From assembly GCA_976551045.1 (NCBI GenBank), contig CDPCPM010000057.1, positions 3,100,001-3,164,000 of the forward strand: a stretch of DNA of 64,000 nt, written 5' to 3'. The DNA is from Glaucostegus cemiculus. Taxonomy: Eukaryota. The notes under the pieces were generated by a model. The model did not search any database, was not told where the DNA came from, and saw only the letters and a list, made by a program, of their open reading frames with translations. The position numbers and the translations under genes are program-made. This document shows, one piece after another, positions 27,433 through 38,899 of the stretch. How positions within the stretch are numbered: position 1 is the first letter of the stretch; each line of letters opens with the position of its first letter.

Positions 27433-27769
27433 GTATGTAATTTCAGAGGGCTGTGGTGGATTTGTGCATGTCCTTATTAAACTGCTGGTAGATTGCATGT
27501 GGTGCCCTTGTACCAAAAGGGCAAATTAGTGGAGGGAATTACACAGAATTCTTTAACAAATCGGGGAGTGACTAATATTGTTTGTTCCATGAAGTATAAT
27601 GGAAAGTGTATGTAAAATTTGTGTAAATTGTTAATTTTTTGTAGAAAGACACATGCATTTTATGGAAGGCCTTTTCACGCCATCACACAGCTTAAATCTT
27701 TGAGACATATCAATGTGCTTTGCATCTTATGAAATACAAAGCTTGAGAGTTGGCAGCAAGCTCCCACAT

Positions 27770-28045
27770 GTAGCAGTGAGATAATCAATTTTTTTCACAT
27801 GGTGTTCATTGAAGGATAAATTACCCAGGGCACCAGTTCTTCTTGGAACCAGTGTCATATTGTGTCTTGATTCTTGAATCACTTGAGAAAAAGAGAAGCG
27901 TCATGATTTAACATCTCTTAAGACCACACCTCAACAGTTCTGCACTGCTTCCATTACCACATTGGAATATCAGCTTAAGTTTTTGTATTGGGCTCTTCTG
28001 TGAGGTTTAAACCCTTAGCCTTCTGCTTAAGAGGTAGTAGTGATA
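27770..28045 (+). mobile_element. Old SINE/L2-type relic (Deu/SacSINE-like); related copies at about 33000-33280 and 62400-62745
   Basis: Shared degenerate blocks (ggataaatat...ttgaaatagtgcca...tgaaccc...ttctgactcaga) at several intronic sites. Family name is from recall only. Confidence 0.4.
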
Positions 28046-28221
28046 CTTGGTATGTTACAGAACAGATTATTTAGGGTTACCTTGAAAGGCTGTTCATCTA
28101 AAAACAACTTACCCTGTTGTTTGTCTTGAAGCTACCAGTGTCCAGATCCTTTAACTTTGGGTTATTGTCCTTGCTTATCCCCTCCTGTGCATTTCAGTTT
28201 TTTATTGACATGTTTTGGCAG

Positions 28222-28320
28222 ATGCTGCCATTACACAGCCTAAACCTTTGAGAAGAGTACGACTTTATCCACAGATGGGAAGAACTGCTGCTCGAGGGCG
28301 ACAGTTCCTTAGCCGGAGAG
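28222..28320 (+). CDS. TPR: TPR penultimate coding exon
   Basis: ggcag| and g|gtaaga. DAAITQPKPLRRVRLYPQMGRTAARGRQFLSRR (human: QPKPFRRVRL...RGRQF). Confidence 0.93.
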
Positions 28321-28849
28321 GTAAGAACCATTTAGTTTTATGTAGTGGTGCTGTAATGGGATGCTTTACAAGGGAAAAGTGAACACCAGGAAAAGGAAGG
28401 ATTTTGACTGGAGACTTTGGGCAACAGTTTTGAGATGTGATTTTACAGTATGTGCAAAGTGATGAAAGGGAACTCCTTCCTGAGGGAAAGGCCAGGTGCT
28501 TGAGGGGTGAAGTGATTTAAACAAGCCCAAGATTGGAACTGGAAAGCTGCAAGTGTATGTTCAGACCAGAGACATTTTTATATTAGGCAGGTGGGTGGAG
28601 GGGATAGAAATCAAAGATTAGAGTCAGTATCTTGAAGGAGCCAACAGACCCAGCAAAATTCTTCTAGGTAGAATATGGCTTCAGTTCTGGGTTAACTAAT
28701 TGATTGACCTTTGCAAAGGTGCTTGCAAGGAACCCATTTGAGAAACTCATGCTTTACATAACGAACAGTACTTAGCTATTATGATATAAGAATGCATTCC
28801 ACCAAAGGAGTCCCATTTTTTTTGGTATTCCTACAACTCATTTTCTCTC

Positions 28850-29075
28850 ACATATCCATCAACTCCCCTTTGATTCTTTTGCCACCTACCTACTCTAAGG
28901 AATAATTACAATAGCCAGTTAGCCTACCAGCTCATCTTTAGGACATGGGAAGAAACCAGAGGAAACCCATAAGAGAAGCCATTGAGAGAAGGTGCAAACT
29001 CCACACAGATGGTGCCCAAGGGTTAATTTTGAACCTGAAGCTGTGAAGCAGCAGTACTAACTGTTGCACCACCAA
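28850..29075 (-). mobile_element. Degenerate V-SINE
   Basis: Reverse V-domain catgggaagaaaccagaggaaacccat...gcaaactccacacaga. Confidence 0.6.
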
Positions 29076-29294
29076 GCTGTATAGATCAAGGTTTCAGGAG
29101 CTGTAAGTTTACCAGTAAATATGCATTTTAAAGTGTTCAAACTGCAGTACATAAAAAAAAACAGGCAGCAGTTGTTTATGCTTCAGTTTTAATTATACAG
29201 TGTTATATTGCGGTTACACAGCAAGGAGACAATTCACTTTATAAAACAATTGTTCTCTGTCATAACTCCAGGTTATTGTGTTTCCCATTTACAG

Positions 29295-29350
29295 GTATGA
29301 ACCTTTCAATGGGAGGAAGAAGAGGCATAAACAGAGGAAATCATAGTTGA
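29295..29350 (+). CDS. TPR: TPR last coding exon with stop codon
   Basis: tacag|. GMNLSMGGRRGINRGNHS* with TGA at 29348-29350 (human ends MGGRGGINRGNIN). Confidence 0.93.
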
Positions 29351-29409
29351 AGTGCATGTACCCATGTGAAGCGTATTGATCCCTAGTCATTGGTTTGGCT
29401 CCTTGCTAC

Positions 29410-29415
29410 AATAAA
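29410..29415 (+). terminator. Candidate proximal poly(A) signal for TPR
   Basis: AATAAA about 60 nt after the TPR stop, followed by U/GU-rich sequence. Confidence 0.55.
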
Positions 29416-29478
29416 ACAAATTTTTGAACTTCAAATATTTGTGGGTTCTTGTTCCATTGCAATTTTTTTCCATGGAAA

Positions 29479-29484
29479 AATAAA
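29479..29484 (+). terminator. Candidate distal poly(A) signal for TPR
   Basis: AATAAA followed by gtgttg and T-rich tracts. Confidence 0.55.
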
Positions 29485-29495
29485 ATGATTTCCTT

Positions 29496-29501
29496 TTTAA
29501 T
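29496..29501 (-). terminator. Candidate poly(A) signal for PRG4
   Basis: ATTAAA on the - strand about 40 nt after the PRG4 stop; the only standard hexamer I saw on that strand before the TPR stop. Confidence 0.5.
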
Positions 29502-29540
29502 CAGTGTTGAAGCTTGTTATTTTTTTCTTTCAAATGTTTG

Positions 29541-29626
29541 CTAATGACATTCATACAAGTCCTTCGTTATGCTTCTTTTCATATAAGTAGCTTTCTGGTT
29601 CACTGGATCAACCTTGTAGGATTTAG
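29541..29626 (-). CDS. PRG4: PRG4 last coding exon (end of hemopexin-like domain, stop)
   Basis: Long polypyrimidine tract then tttag|. Phase 1 fits the previous exon. AKSYKVDPVNQKATYMKRSITKDLYECH* resembles the human end DQYYNIDVPSRTA...TLSKVWYNCP*. Confidence 0.8.
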
Positions 29627-30513
29627 CTAAAATGGAGAGAAGTGAAGGAAAGATCAAACACATGCAATATTTAGGTTTAAAACAGAACTGAGCAGTTGCT
29701 TCCTTCTACCATATGGATTGGAAAGGAACTTAAAACAATGTTGTAACATTGAAATTTGAAGCACTTACATTGCTGGTTTGTACAGCAGTTCTTTTGATTA
29801 TACCATAAGTGAGATTTTTATACAGTTGAATTATTTTTCAGTGGTTAACCATGGGGAGGTGGTAAGGAGATATTTAGCTTATCATAGAATTTTAATGTTA
29901 ATGAGTTCACTGTTCATAAGCAAACTGCTTCTACAAAGGGTTATTTCTCTTTTCCATTCACTGTTTGTATCTCCATATGATTCTAGTATAACAACAGGAT
30001 TCTCTTTCACCTGCCATCACTACTGATGGGATTATGGAATCTATAGCAATTCCAAAATTTTAAGATTAAGTAAATTAAACAACATTTGCACCTGAAATCA
30101 AAAGGCAACATTCCCCTGGTTCTGGAAACCTAAAATGAAAAAGAAAATGCTGGAAATACTCTGCAGGTCAGTTACCATATGTGGAGAGAGAAATGGAACT
30201 AACATTTCAGGTTCTGGTGAAAGACTTGAATATTAACTATGCTTCTCTGGATGCTCTCTGAGTTGGATATTTATACCTTTTTCTATTGAGTATTGTACAA
30301 GGTTCTGTGAGCTGTTTCCTTTGAAATACTGGACGATGCAATGCTTGCAACAACATTATGACAATTTTTACTAAACAACCGCTGCAGGAACAGAAGACAA
30401 TATAATCCTTTGTACCCAACCTACTGGCTTTAAGTTTGTATCCATGCATCCTGCTATCCTTATCAAAAAAAATCTATTGCTTTTGGTCTTATGGACAGGA
30501 ATATGAAGTCTAA

Positions 30514-31416
30514 TTTTATTCTGCTCTCTGATTTACATTCCATACCATTTCAAGCTTTAAGCCCCTTAACTATGTCACTGAAAATTCTAAACAAAAGTAC
30601 AAAGCCAGGTTTAGTGCTGTAAATCTGCTATCCCAGTAAATTAGTGGCAATATCCTTCAAGACCACTAGATCTTTATTGAGGTAAGATGCCAAGTACTGC
30701 TTCTGAGGTTTGACCAAACTTATGTCATTAAAATACATCCATCATATGAACTACAGATTACTTGCAGTACTGGTGTTTATGATCACTTAAATTGTGATAC
30801 CAAAGTGAAATTGCTTTTGGAGTATTATGTACAGGTCTGGTCTCTATACCTAAAGGAGGAAATATCTGTGGTAGAAGGAATGCAACAAAGATTCACCAGA
30901 TTAATTCCTGTGCTGAGGAGTTGCCGTATGAGGAAAGAATGAGTCTTTTCAGTCCAGAAGACTGAGAAATGATGGTGAAACATACACAGGTGAGACTGGT
31001 TAGGTGCAATGTTTCTCTGACTGGGGTGTTTCTCTTGGGGGGATTAGCCATTTAGGGCAGAAGAGAAAATTTTCCACCCAAATTGTAGTGAATCTTTGGA
31101 ATTCCCTACCCGAGAGGACTGTGGAAACGGTATATTCAACACATGTCCTTGGGTCTAAGAATTTCAGGGATATGGGCTTAGTGCAAGCAAGTACTGAAGT
31201 GAAAGAACAACAGATCTTTTTGAACGGTGCAGCAGGTACATGGAACAGAAGGCTTCTGCTTTTTCTGTAAATTTAGTGCAGATTTACAGCACTAAATTAT
31301 GCAGCAAAGTTTTACAAACCTGGCTTTGTACTTGTGTTTAGAATTTTCAAAGTGACATAGTTAAGGGGCTTAAAGCTTGAAATGGTATGGAATGTAAATC
31401 AGAGAGCAGAGTAAAA
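30514..31416. repeat. Inverted duplication: arms 30514-30628 and 31278-31416 around a ~650-bp spacer
   Basis: ctgctctctgatttacattccataccatttcaagctttaagccccttaactatgtcact...gtacaaagccaggttt recurs as a near-exact reverse complement. Confidence 0.92.
30805..31260 (+). mobile_element. Degenerate CR1-type LINE 3' fragment inside the inverted-repeat spacer
   Basis: ttggagtattatgtacaggtctggtct...aaagattcaccagattaattcctg (LEYxVQxWS...RFTRLIP) and gtagtgaatctttggaattccctacc (VVNLWNSLP). Confidence 0.7.
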
Positions 31417-31824
31417 GCACTGGCTTTTAGTATTTTGTGTATTAAGATGCCTAATTCCTTTTAATTGTTCAGCTCCTAGTTTTGCCATTAAGCAATTGCT
31501 TTGATTTGTCTTTCACCTTTCCCAGGGGGATGACATCACACCTCCCCCAAGAGAACTATTACAGTAAGTTTTTGTCCCTCCAATATTTTTTAGTAAATTT
31601 CCTGCTCTCATTTTTGCAACTAATTGGGCTTCTTAATGTTTTCTGCAAACTTGGATATAAATCTTAATTAAAGTAAGATGAAATGCTGATGTCCCACTGT
31701 AACAGTCTATGTTCTGGGATACACTTTCCACAGCTTGCTAAGTAGAACATTCCCATTATCCCAGATCCTAAATAAACATTTATTTTGCTATAAACAGTAA
31801 ATGCCCTCTGGAAGTATGAAAGGA

Positions 31825-32370
31825 CATGAGTCCCTCCAGAGGATAGTTAGGGCTGCGGAGAGGATCATAGGTGTCTCGCTTCCATATGCAAAGACCATTG
31901 TGTGAGGAAGACCAAAAGCATAATGGCCGACCCTTCTCACCCCTCCCATCACCTCTTTACAATTTTGCCATCGGGGAGGAGGCTTAAATGTATCAAGGCA
32001 AGAATGACCAGGCTGAACAGTAGCTTCTTTCCGCAAGCCATCAGAACTGCAAACCCTCTCATCCCTCCATCTTCCTTGTTAACACTAAGAGATGCTAGGT
32101 GCACAGAAATGCACCAGCACTTTAAATGCCCGCCACCAGCCCGTTCACTTCAATAACTATTTATTTACCGGCCATTTTTAATTTAATCTGCGTATTAATT
32201 TAATTTTAACTTCCATAGTTTTTAATGTTTTTTAATGTTTATTCTGTTAAGTGTGTCTGTGTGTCTCTGTTGGTTGTTATTTAATGGGACGAGCACCTGA
32301 GGAGGACAGTATCTCGCTCCTATGCATACTATGTATGTATATGGTTGTGACAATAAAACTGATTCTGAGT
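31825..32370 (+). mobile_element. Rex1/Babar-clade LINE 3' fragment
   Basis: LQRIVRAAERIIGVSLP and IMADPSHPSHHLFTILPSGRRLKCIKARMTRLNSSFFPQAIR are the typical Rex1 ORF C-terminus; ends in caataaaactgattctga. Confidence 0.8.
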
Positions 32371-32633
32371 AGGCAATCTATTGACTTGATGATTTAACAA
32401 CATTTAAACATCCATCAGACACAATCTGCCATTCACAAATGTCTGCTAAATTGCTGTTCAGCTCAGGCTTGAATAAATACTTCACTTGAAATAAACTAAC
32501 ATGTCTAATACCTGCTCTCTAACTTGTTTAAATAATGAAGTAACATTTACTAATTCCATCTGCACTTTCCTCATCCTTTTTAAATGCCCTGTTGATTACC
32601 AAGTGCACAGAAACAAATCAGTCTGAAACTTAC

Positions 32634-32759
32634 CATGAGAGAGGACATAATATTCATATTTTTCTGCAAGTCTAGTATTTGGAAGTGAAATGGCTGATGT
32701 GACTCTTATAGGAAAACCAAGCCAGTTCTTTCTTATCGACATTTCAATGGAGAGTTGAG
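32634..32759 (-). CDS. PRG4: PRG4 hemopexin-domain exon
   Basis: ttcag| and g|gtaagt. AQLSIEMSIRKNWLGFPIRVTSAISLPNTRLAEKYEYYVLSH (human: WRGLPNVVTSAISLPNIRKPDGYDYYAFSK). Confidence 0.92.
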
Positions 32760-34355
32760 CTGAAAGAAAGTTAATTAGTAGTGGAAAGTAAATGTATTTT
32801 AATATGTGGCATGAAAGAAGTAGTTGATGTATTTTCCTTTTATTCAGCTGACACAACTCATTGCCCAGTTCAGTGACCCATTTTGGGGAAAAACTCATTC
32901 TGTCTCTGGAACATCACAGAGTGATTTGCTATTACACAAGTGCTTAGAAGCATAGGTAGTGCATTGGCTAATCTCCACACTTCTAGTTCTTATTAGCTCC
33001 AGCCTGCTGATGAAAATTTGTTTTTCAGTGAATGTTGAGTGAAACTCCAAATATTGGCCAGGCAGTAGCTATAACTTCCCCACTCTTTGAAATAGTGCCA
33101 AGGGAATAATCAGGTTCATGCAAGAGCAACAGGACTTAAGTTTCAATGGTCTTGTCTGACAAGCAGCCCTTTCATGTGACAATTCCTCAGCCCTGTAGCC
33201 TTGGATTTTTATCCTCTGGAATAGGATGAACTCTGTACCCTATGACTTTGGATTTGGATGATAACAACAGAAACTCAGCTAATTTGATGACCTGCAACTT
33301 CATAATTGCAGACCATCAAGGCAATCTTCCAGCAACCCCATATACATATGGGAGAAAGAAGAAATTTACTTGGTAATCACTACTAAAAGTAGATCTTGTA
33401 GAAAGAGCTTTCAACCAATGTTCCTCATGTTGACTTCAAATAAATCCACTTAAGTTGAGCGGAATCATTCAACATTATCCAGGCTTTAATGATGCAGTTA
33501 AGATTTATGACAATTCACAGGAACTTTGATTACACCCTAACAGCCAGCTTCTAATTGCTGCCCATTTTCAAAAAGGGTTGCCCTCATTTTGCTCTCCACT
33601 GTTGCACAATTTGCACATCCTATCCCAAAAGTTCATAGCATCTGTGTTTTTAAAGAAAATATGACCAAAAAGCAGAAGGAGAACAAGCAGTTTGGTTTTT
33701 CAAGTTGCTTCTGACCTGTTCCAGTGCAAACTTTTTTTTAGATAAAAAGCAAAATTTAAAAAAGATCCACACAGGTCAATTCACCAATGGGTTGAATCAG
33801 TTGTATCATTCTAGAGCATATCATTAAGTGATTTGCAGCTGAAAAAATTAAGACATCTTAAAAGAAACAATTGCCCTAAATGCTACACAATTATCACTAG
33901 ATCAGTCCCATTCAACATTTGCAAAACTATCACTAAATAACCATATAAATTAAGTAGCAAGAGTGATGGTTATTTTCATGTCTTCTGCAAAATTGTCCAT
34001 TGTGGCATTTGTTGAAAATGTACAAGCTATTGCATAACTATCATAATTTTCAAATGGTTGTACATAATGCCATACTTCAGAATGAGTTCAGAACAGAGTT
34101 TAAATTTTATATTTGCACAACAAATTGAGTTAATTGAGTAAAATTGTTTATTGGTATCTCAATTTTTCTTAATACTTAAACCCCATGAATCTTAACCTAA
34201 CCAATGAGAGAGAATATCCCCAAACCATATTAATTCATTGGACATACAAATATAAAATTTTAATTTTTAGGAAGTTGACTAACTTCGAACTCCACAAACT
34301 GGTTTCAAAACCACTTGCTTTAGCTACTGAATCTGAGCACACAAGAATTTTGTAC

Positions 34356-34505
34356 CTATATTCTGCAGTTTCATGTTTTTTTGTACGCCCACCATTGCTT
34401 GCCGCCTGTAACGTTGCCTTACCACCTGATAAGTGTAGCTACGAGTGCGTTCTTGTGGGCAAGATGTGATGGGTCTTTGATATACATATTTCTGGTATAA
34501 TCCAC
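34356..34505 (-). CDS. PRG4: PRG4 hemopexin-domain exon with furin-type site
   Basis: tccag|. GGLYQKYVYQRPITSCPQERTRSYTYQVVRQRYRRQAMVG... (human: GGSIQQYIYKQEPVQKCP...QVRRRRFERA). The phase-1 donor g|gtacaa is weak, so the 3' boundary is less certain. Confidence 0.85.
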
Positions 34506-34689
34506 CTGGAATATAGAATGCATTTTGATTAATGATGTAACTTTAGTCGTTGATTGACCATTTGTGTATTTACAGTATAGCTGTAGTTGCAAAAAGTGTT
34601 CAGGATGAGTTACTTACGATGATAATTGGCCCATCAGGTCCACACTAGCTGCAGCAGAGAAATCTAATCAGTGCCAATCCACCTCTTAT

Positions 34690-34890
34690 TTCCCACACAT
34701 GCCCTTCAACTCCCCTTCAATCCTAGTTCCACTTGCCTATACTGGGGTTAATTTTCGGTGGCCAATTCACCTACCAGCACACCTTTGGTATAGGAAACCA
34801 GAGTACATGGGGGGAACCCACAGTAAATTCCACCCAAAACAGCACTGGAGGTCAGGATCAAACCCAGGTTGCTGGAGCTGTGAGGTTGCC
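34690..34890 (-). mobile_element. Degenerate V-SINE
   Basis: aggaaaccagagtacatggggggaacccac...ggaggtcaggatcaaacccaggttgctggagctgtgagg is the reverse of the SINE head and V-domain. Confidence 0.6.
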
Positions 34891-35053
34891 CTTACTTGTA
34901 AATAGTCTGATGCTTAATAATCAAATTATGTACATTGGATGACATGGCAAAATACCCAAAATACTGTATAATAGATTGCATGTGTAAACTTCCATTAAGC
35001 AGAAACAATAAAGAGGAAAGATATGTTTACAAGGGAACTGAAAAAGAACTAAC

Positions 35054-35210
35054 CTCTTTTGAAGAAGTACACTGTTTCAGGTCTGTCATGATATGCAGCC
35101 ACTGAAAGAGCAGCTGTTATTTCCCCACTCAATCCTGAAAAGCCATCTGCAATTTTTCGAGGATAGCCAGTGTCCATAGCCCCATTTTGAAATCGCCAGT
35201 ATTGTTCCCC
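35054..35210 (-). CDS. PRG4: PRG4 hemopexin-domain exon
   Basis: tatag| and g|gttagt. GEQYWRFQNGAMDTGYPRKIADGFSGLSGEITAALSVAAYHDRPETVYFFKR. Confidence 0.95.
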
Positions 35211-36398
35211 CTATAAATTCAACAAGAACAAGTGCTATTGGAGAAGTTTCTATTGAAATGCGATGAGTATATTGACACACTTAGTCAAGCAGGTGGAAAT
35301 TCAAATTAAACTTCTGTTGCATTGATAACACATTTCACTTGATTCCTTTTAAATTCATCCTGCTGTACAATGGACAATTTGCAGGAAGATCAAAAAATGG
35401 AACTTAATGTTCCTAACACTGCTTAGTTTTTACAGTATCTATATTTGAATATACTGGCATACTTACCAAGTGGTATTTCCAAGTTAAATTCTGCTGCTAA
35501 TTTCCAAATAGATTTTGCAATGCACTACATTTTGGTAGAGCTGCTATATGCTTCCAGGCCTATGGCTAATACTCATGTTAAACAGATAACTCTGCAGGAG
35601 AATCAAACACAATGTACCTCTAGTTATGGCAGTTGCATTTTTGACCTCTGTTGAATTGTGGGCATGTCTAATACAAATTTACCACCATTATCAGCAGTCT
35701 TGTTGACAAAAAAGACCAACTCATTGTTTGGTGGTATCATTCTAGGAGAGAAACCTTTTTGCTTTTTATCCATACTCTTTCACCACCTCCTTTCTCAATG
35801 GCAGCTTGTGCTAGCCTCAATGCTTGGTACAGAGATAAATGGATAATAGATTGCAAATGCAGGAGCCCAGTTTCCTACACCGACTGATGTGGTCTTAATT
35901 CAAAGGTGTAATTGTAGACCCACGTCTTCATGAGTTTAGGATGCTACATGCATAAGTTTGGTTGTCTTGCAATTCAGATTCTCATAGTTCTTGTGAGCAA
36001 CAACTTTGTAACTGATTGCACAGATGAAATTAAGCAGTAGACCAGAAGCCTTTGGTAATCTAATCTGGATTGAACAACCTGGAAGGGTGTTGGAGGCAGA
36101 ATCTTTAGTAACTATAATTGGATAAATAATTTGCAGAGCCACAAGGAAATGACGGTGTGTGGGACAAATTGATTTTCTTTTTCAAAGATCCTAGGTTAGA
36201 CTAACTTTGTGTTCTGCTTCATTTAGAATAAAAGCAGGAAGAGAGGATATAGAAAATCTTGATTTGGTTTCTTGAGAAAATTCATGAAGGTGTTAAGTCC
36301 ACAGCATTTTGTTTTACAGCAATTACAATCACAATTATGTTATTTTGTTATTAAATTTATTACTTCCATCAGGCAAACAATGGGACAAAGAACCTTAC

Positions 36399-36538
36399 CT
36401 TAAAAAAATATGTATTTCCATTGCAGTTGCACCTTGTGAAGACTGTGTCTATTGGGGATGGAATGCCCCACACATCAGTGATTCTACGAGGGTGCCCTAA
36501 TGTCTGTCCTTTCTGGCTTATTGTCCAAAACAAATGAC
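36399..36538 (-). CDS. PRG4: PRG4 hemopexin-domain exon
   Basis: ttcag| and aag|gtaagg. GHLFWTISQKGQTLGHPRRITDVWGIPSPIDTVFTRCNCNGNTYFFK (human: RRITEVWGIPSPIDTVFTRCNCEGKTFFFK). Confidence 0.96.
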
Positions 36539-37170
36539 CTGAAAAAATACAAGCAAACCATTTGGTGAATAGCTTTGTCAAATGGAAAGGATGACTGGTG
36601 TGTAGGAATATTTTAAATTCTGGTAACTACTTATTAATTACTACCAGGCAAACGATCAACAGTGTGATCAGCTGTGACTATTTAATGCCATTATATTATT
36701 GCCAAAGATGGTTGGATTTAAATTCCAATTGACTTAATCCTGTAGTCTGCTGGAAAACATTGTGCAGCACCTGCCAGTCCCCCTGGTCAATGTGTTGGTT
36801 TCATTTGGGCAGGTGGTGAGCTGCAACATTTCCACTTCAACAGACTTGCCCATTTTGACTGGCATTCACTCACTTTGGATTAAAAAAATATGAGCTACAC
36901 CCAACATTTAAAACATTTCGGTGGGTTAAATTAGCTTGTGATCAGTCCATATATTTTTAATCATGAGTTACTTCTGATATTTGTCCAGAGTTGAGGCTCT
37001 GACACTTTCCCAGAGGTGCAGCCAAACTGTAAATTAATATAACTTTCTGGGGCTGATTTCTGAGTGGCATGGGTTGAAATATGGCATCTTATGTCAGAAC
37101 GTAAAAATAAATATTCAAAGATTGACATTGAGATATTTTGTAAACCTCCAAAGTTTCCTTCATATCTTAC

Positions 37171-37257
37171 CTCTAAAAATATATGTGGTTCCATTTTGTA
37201 GAGTTGTCAGAGCATCTGAAGGCTTCTTATTACACAAATTGGAATCATTAAGACTGT
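37171..37257 (-). CDS. PRG4: PRG4 first hemopexin-domain exon
   Basis: tttag| and g|gtaaga. DSLNDSNLCNKKPSDALTTLQNGTTYIFR (human: DETNICNGKPVDGLTTLRNGTLVAFR). Confidence 0.93.
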
Positions 37258-37735
37258 CTAAAATGATAATTTTAAGAATTATTGGACTTTAAAATCAAGA
37301 AGTCATCCATATTTCATAACAGTTAACATTTATTGAAATTTGTTGTTTCACATTTAGTATTGTAATTCTCTGACAACTTCAGGCTTGTGCTTACCAACAT
37401 CATGTGCCATAGAGGTGCAGTGAGTTATAGCAATTATTATGTTATGCCACATTAATGAAGTGGCTATGTTTCCACAAAAGTTTAATTGTTTTTTCTCTGA
37501 TGCTATCCCACAAATTATTATATTTACTGAATTCAGTTTCATAACTTTTCATGGATCAAATTGAAATCAAGATAATATGGGTTACATGTCCATAACATTT
37601 TTTACTCTTCCTTTGCCTCATTTTACTTGTGCATATTTGGAGCACTTTCGTTTATGTTTTTTTTGTTGTTCTGAGTTTCCACATAGATACCTCAACATTA
37701 ATTACAATCAACAGCAAGTAAATTGTATGTCCTAC

Positions 37736-37826
37736 CTTCATATGACTGGGTTTTCCCAGGTGTCTGTTTTCCCAGTTCTCGATTTGGTTCCTTTACCATG
37801 TTATCACTCTCAGCAGATCTAGTAAC
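37736..37826 (-). CDS. PRG4: PRG4 candidate linker exon between the mucin and hemopexin regions
   Basis: gatag| and g|gtagga; open frame VTRSAESDNMVKEPNRELGKQTPGKTQSYE. Phase 0 in and phase 1 out bridges the mucin exon to the first hemopexin exon. No homology support. Confidence 0.65.
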
Positions 37827-38899
37827 CTATCAAATGAAATACATTTTAGTGCTTTTTCTAATCTAATGGAGGAGGGAGCTCTACTTTTGGTGCTGCTGTA
37901 GATATAGCTTATTTGATTTTTCACCAAAATGGATGATCTTTTCCTGAGCTGAAATGTTCCATAGGACAATGCTACTATTATGCTATTTGCCCCAACAATT
38001 GATTGGACTGATAGGATGTTTTTTCAGTGGGGCATAATTATGATGCTGGAATATCTCAAGCCTACATAAATATTTTAAAAGCTGCATCATGCAAGTCAAG
38101 TGAACCTATTCCCAACAGAACAATTGAATTATGTAGCGCACACTTTCAAAGAAAAGCATTCTGCTTCCAAAAAAAAAATCCTGCCAGAAATAGTTGGAGG
38201 TGGAAGAAATATTCCACATCTCCTCTGCTGAAACCACATCAGGCTGATACACTGCTGCTTTCTTGCATTTAGGGCTTGCAATGTCATGAATTGCTGAAGG
38301 GGTCCTCTCTGCAGATGGTGGGGTGGGGAGTGCCAGCTTGTGTAATTCTACTGAGAGAGCCTAGAGCACTGACCAACTTACTTCTGACTCAAGTGACAGC
38401 TTCTCTCTCAAATATTTGAGAGATTATTGGCACAAAAATCCCTTTTTTGCAGATTTGTGCCAGAAGCAGGAGGTATCAGTTTTAAAATATTTTTCATATG
38501 GGGTTTTTTGGACAATATGCAACTGGATAATAGCTGAATTCAACCTTCGAGGTGGACATCTGAGTTACAAGGTTCACCTCTTTTGGAAATAGCTATTTTG
38601 TTAACAAACACACACTTACTGATTCTGGATAAGCAATGATTCTGCATTATTAGATTTTGTGATATTTAAAATAGAAAAATTGCATTGATTTAACTGTTTG
38701 AATTCTTAGAATTGACAAGCTGTCTTTATTTATCTTTGTTTATATTTGTCCTTATTTATGTTAAGATCTGTTACCTTGTGTTTAACAGGAACATTGGGCT
38801 TTACATTTTCTCTTTTTAAGTTTGAATCTGTGGCAATTGATTCTTCTGTACTGGTCTTTACTTCTATATCGAAGTTACTAGTTTTTGCTAGATATTTAC

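Noticed and set aside
30237-30449. Minus-strand ORF with a good-looking acceptor (ttcctgcag) as the last PRG4 exon
   Set aside because: The phase-1 frame hits a stop almost immediately and nothing resembles the hemopexin end. 29541-29626 fits phase and terminal Cys.
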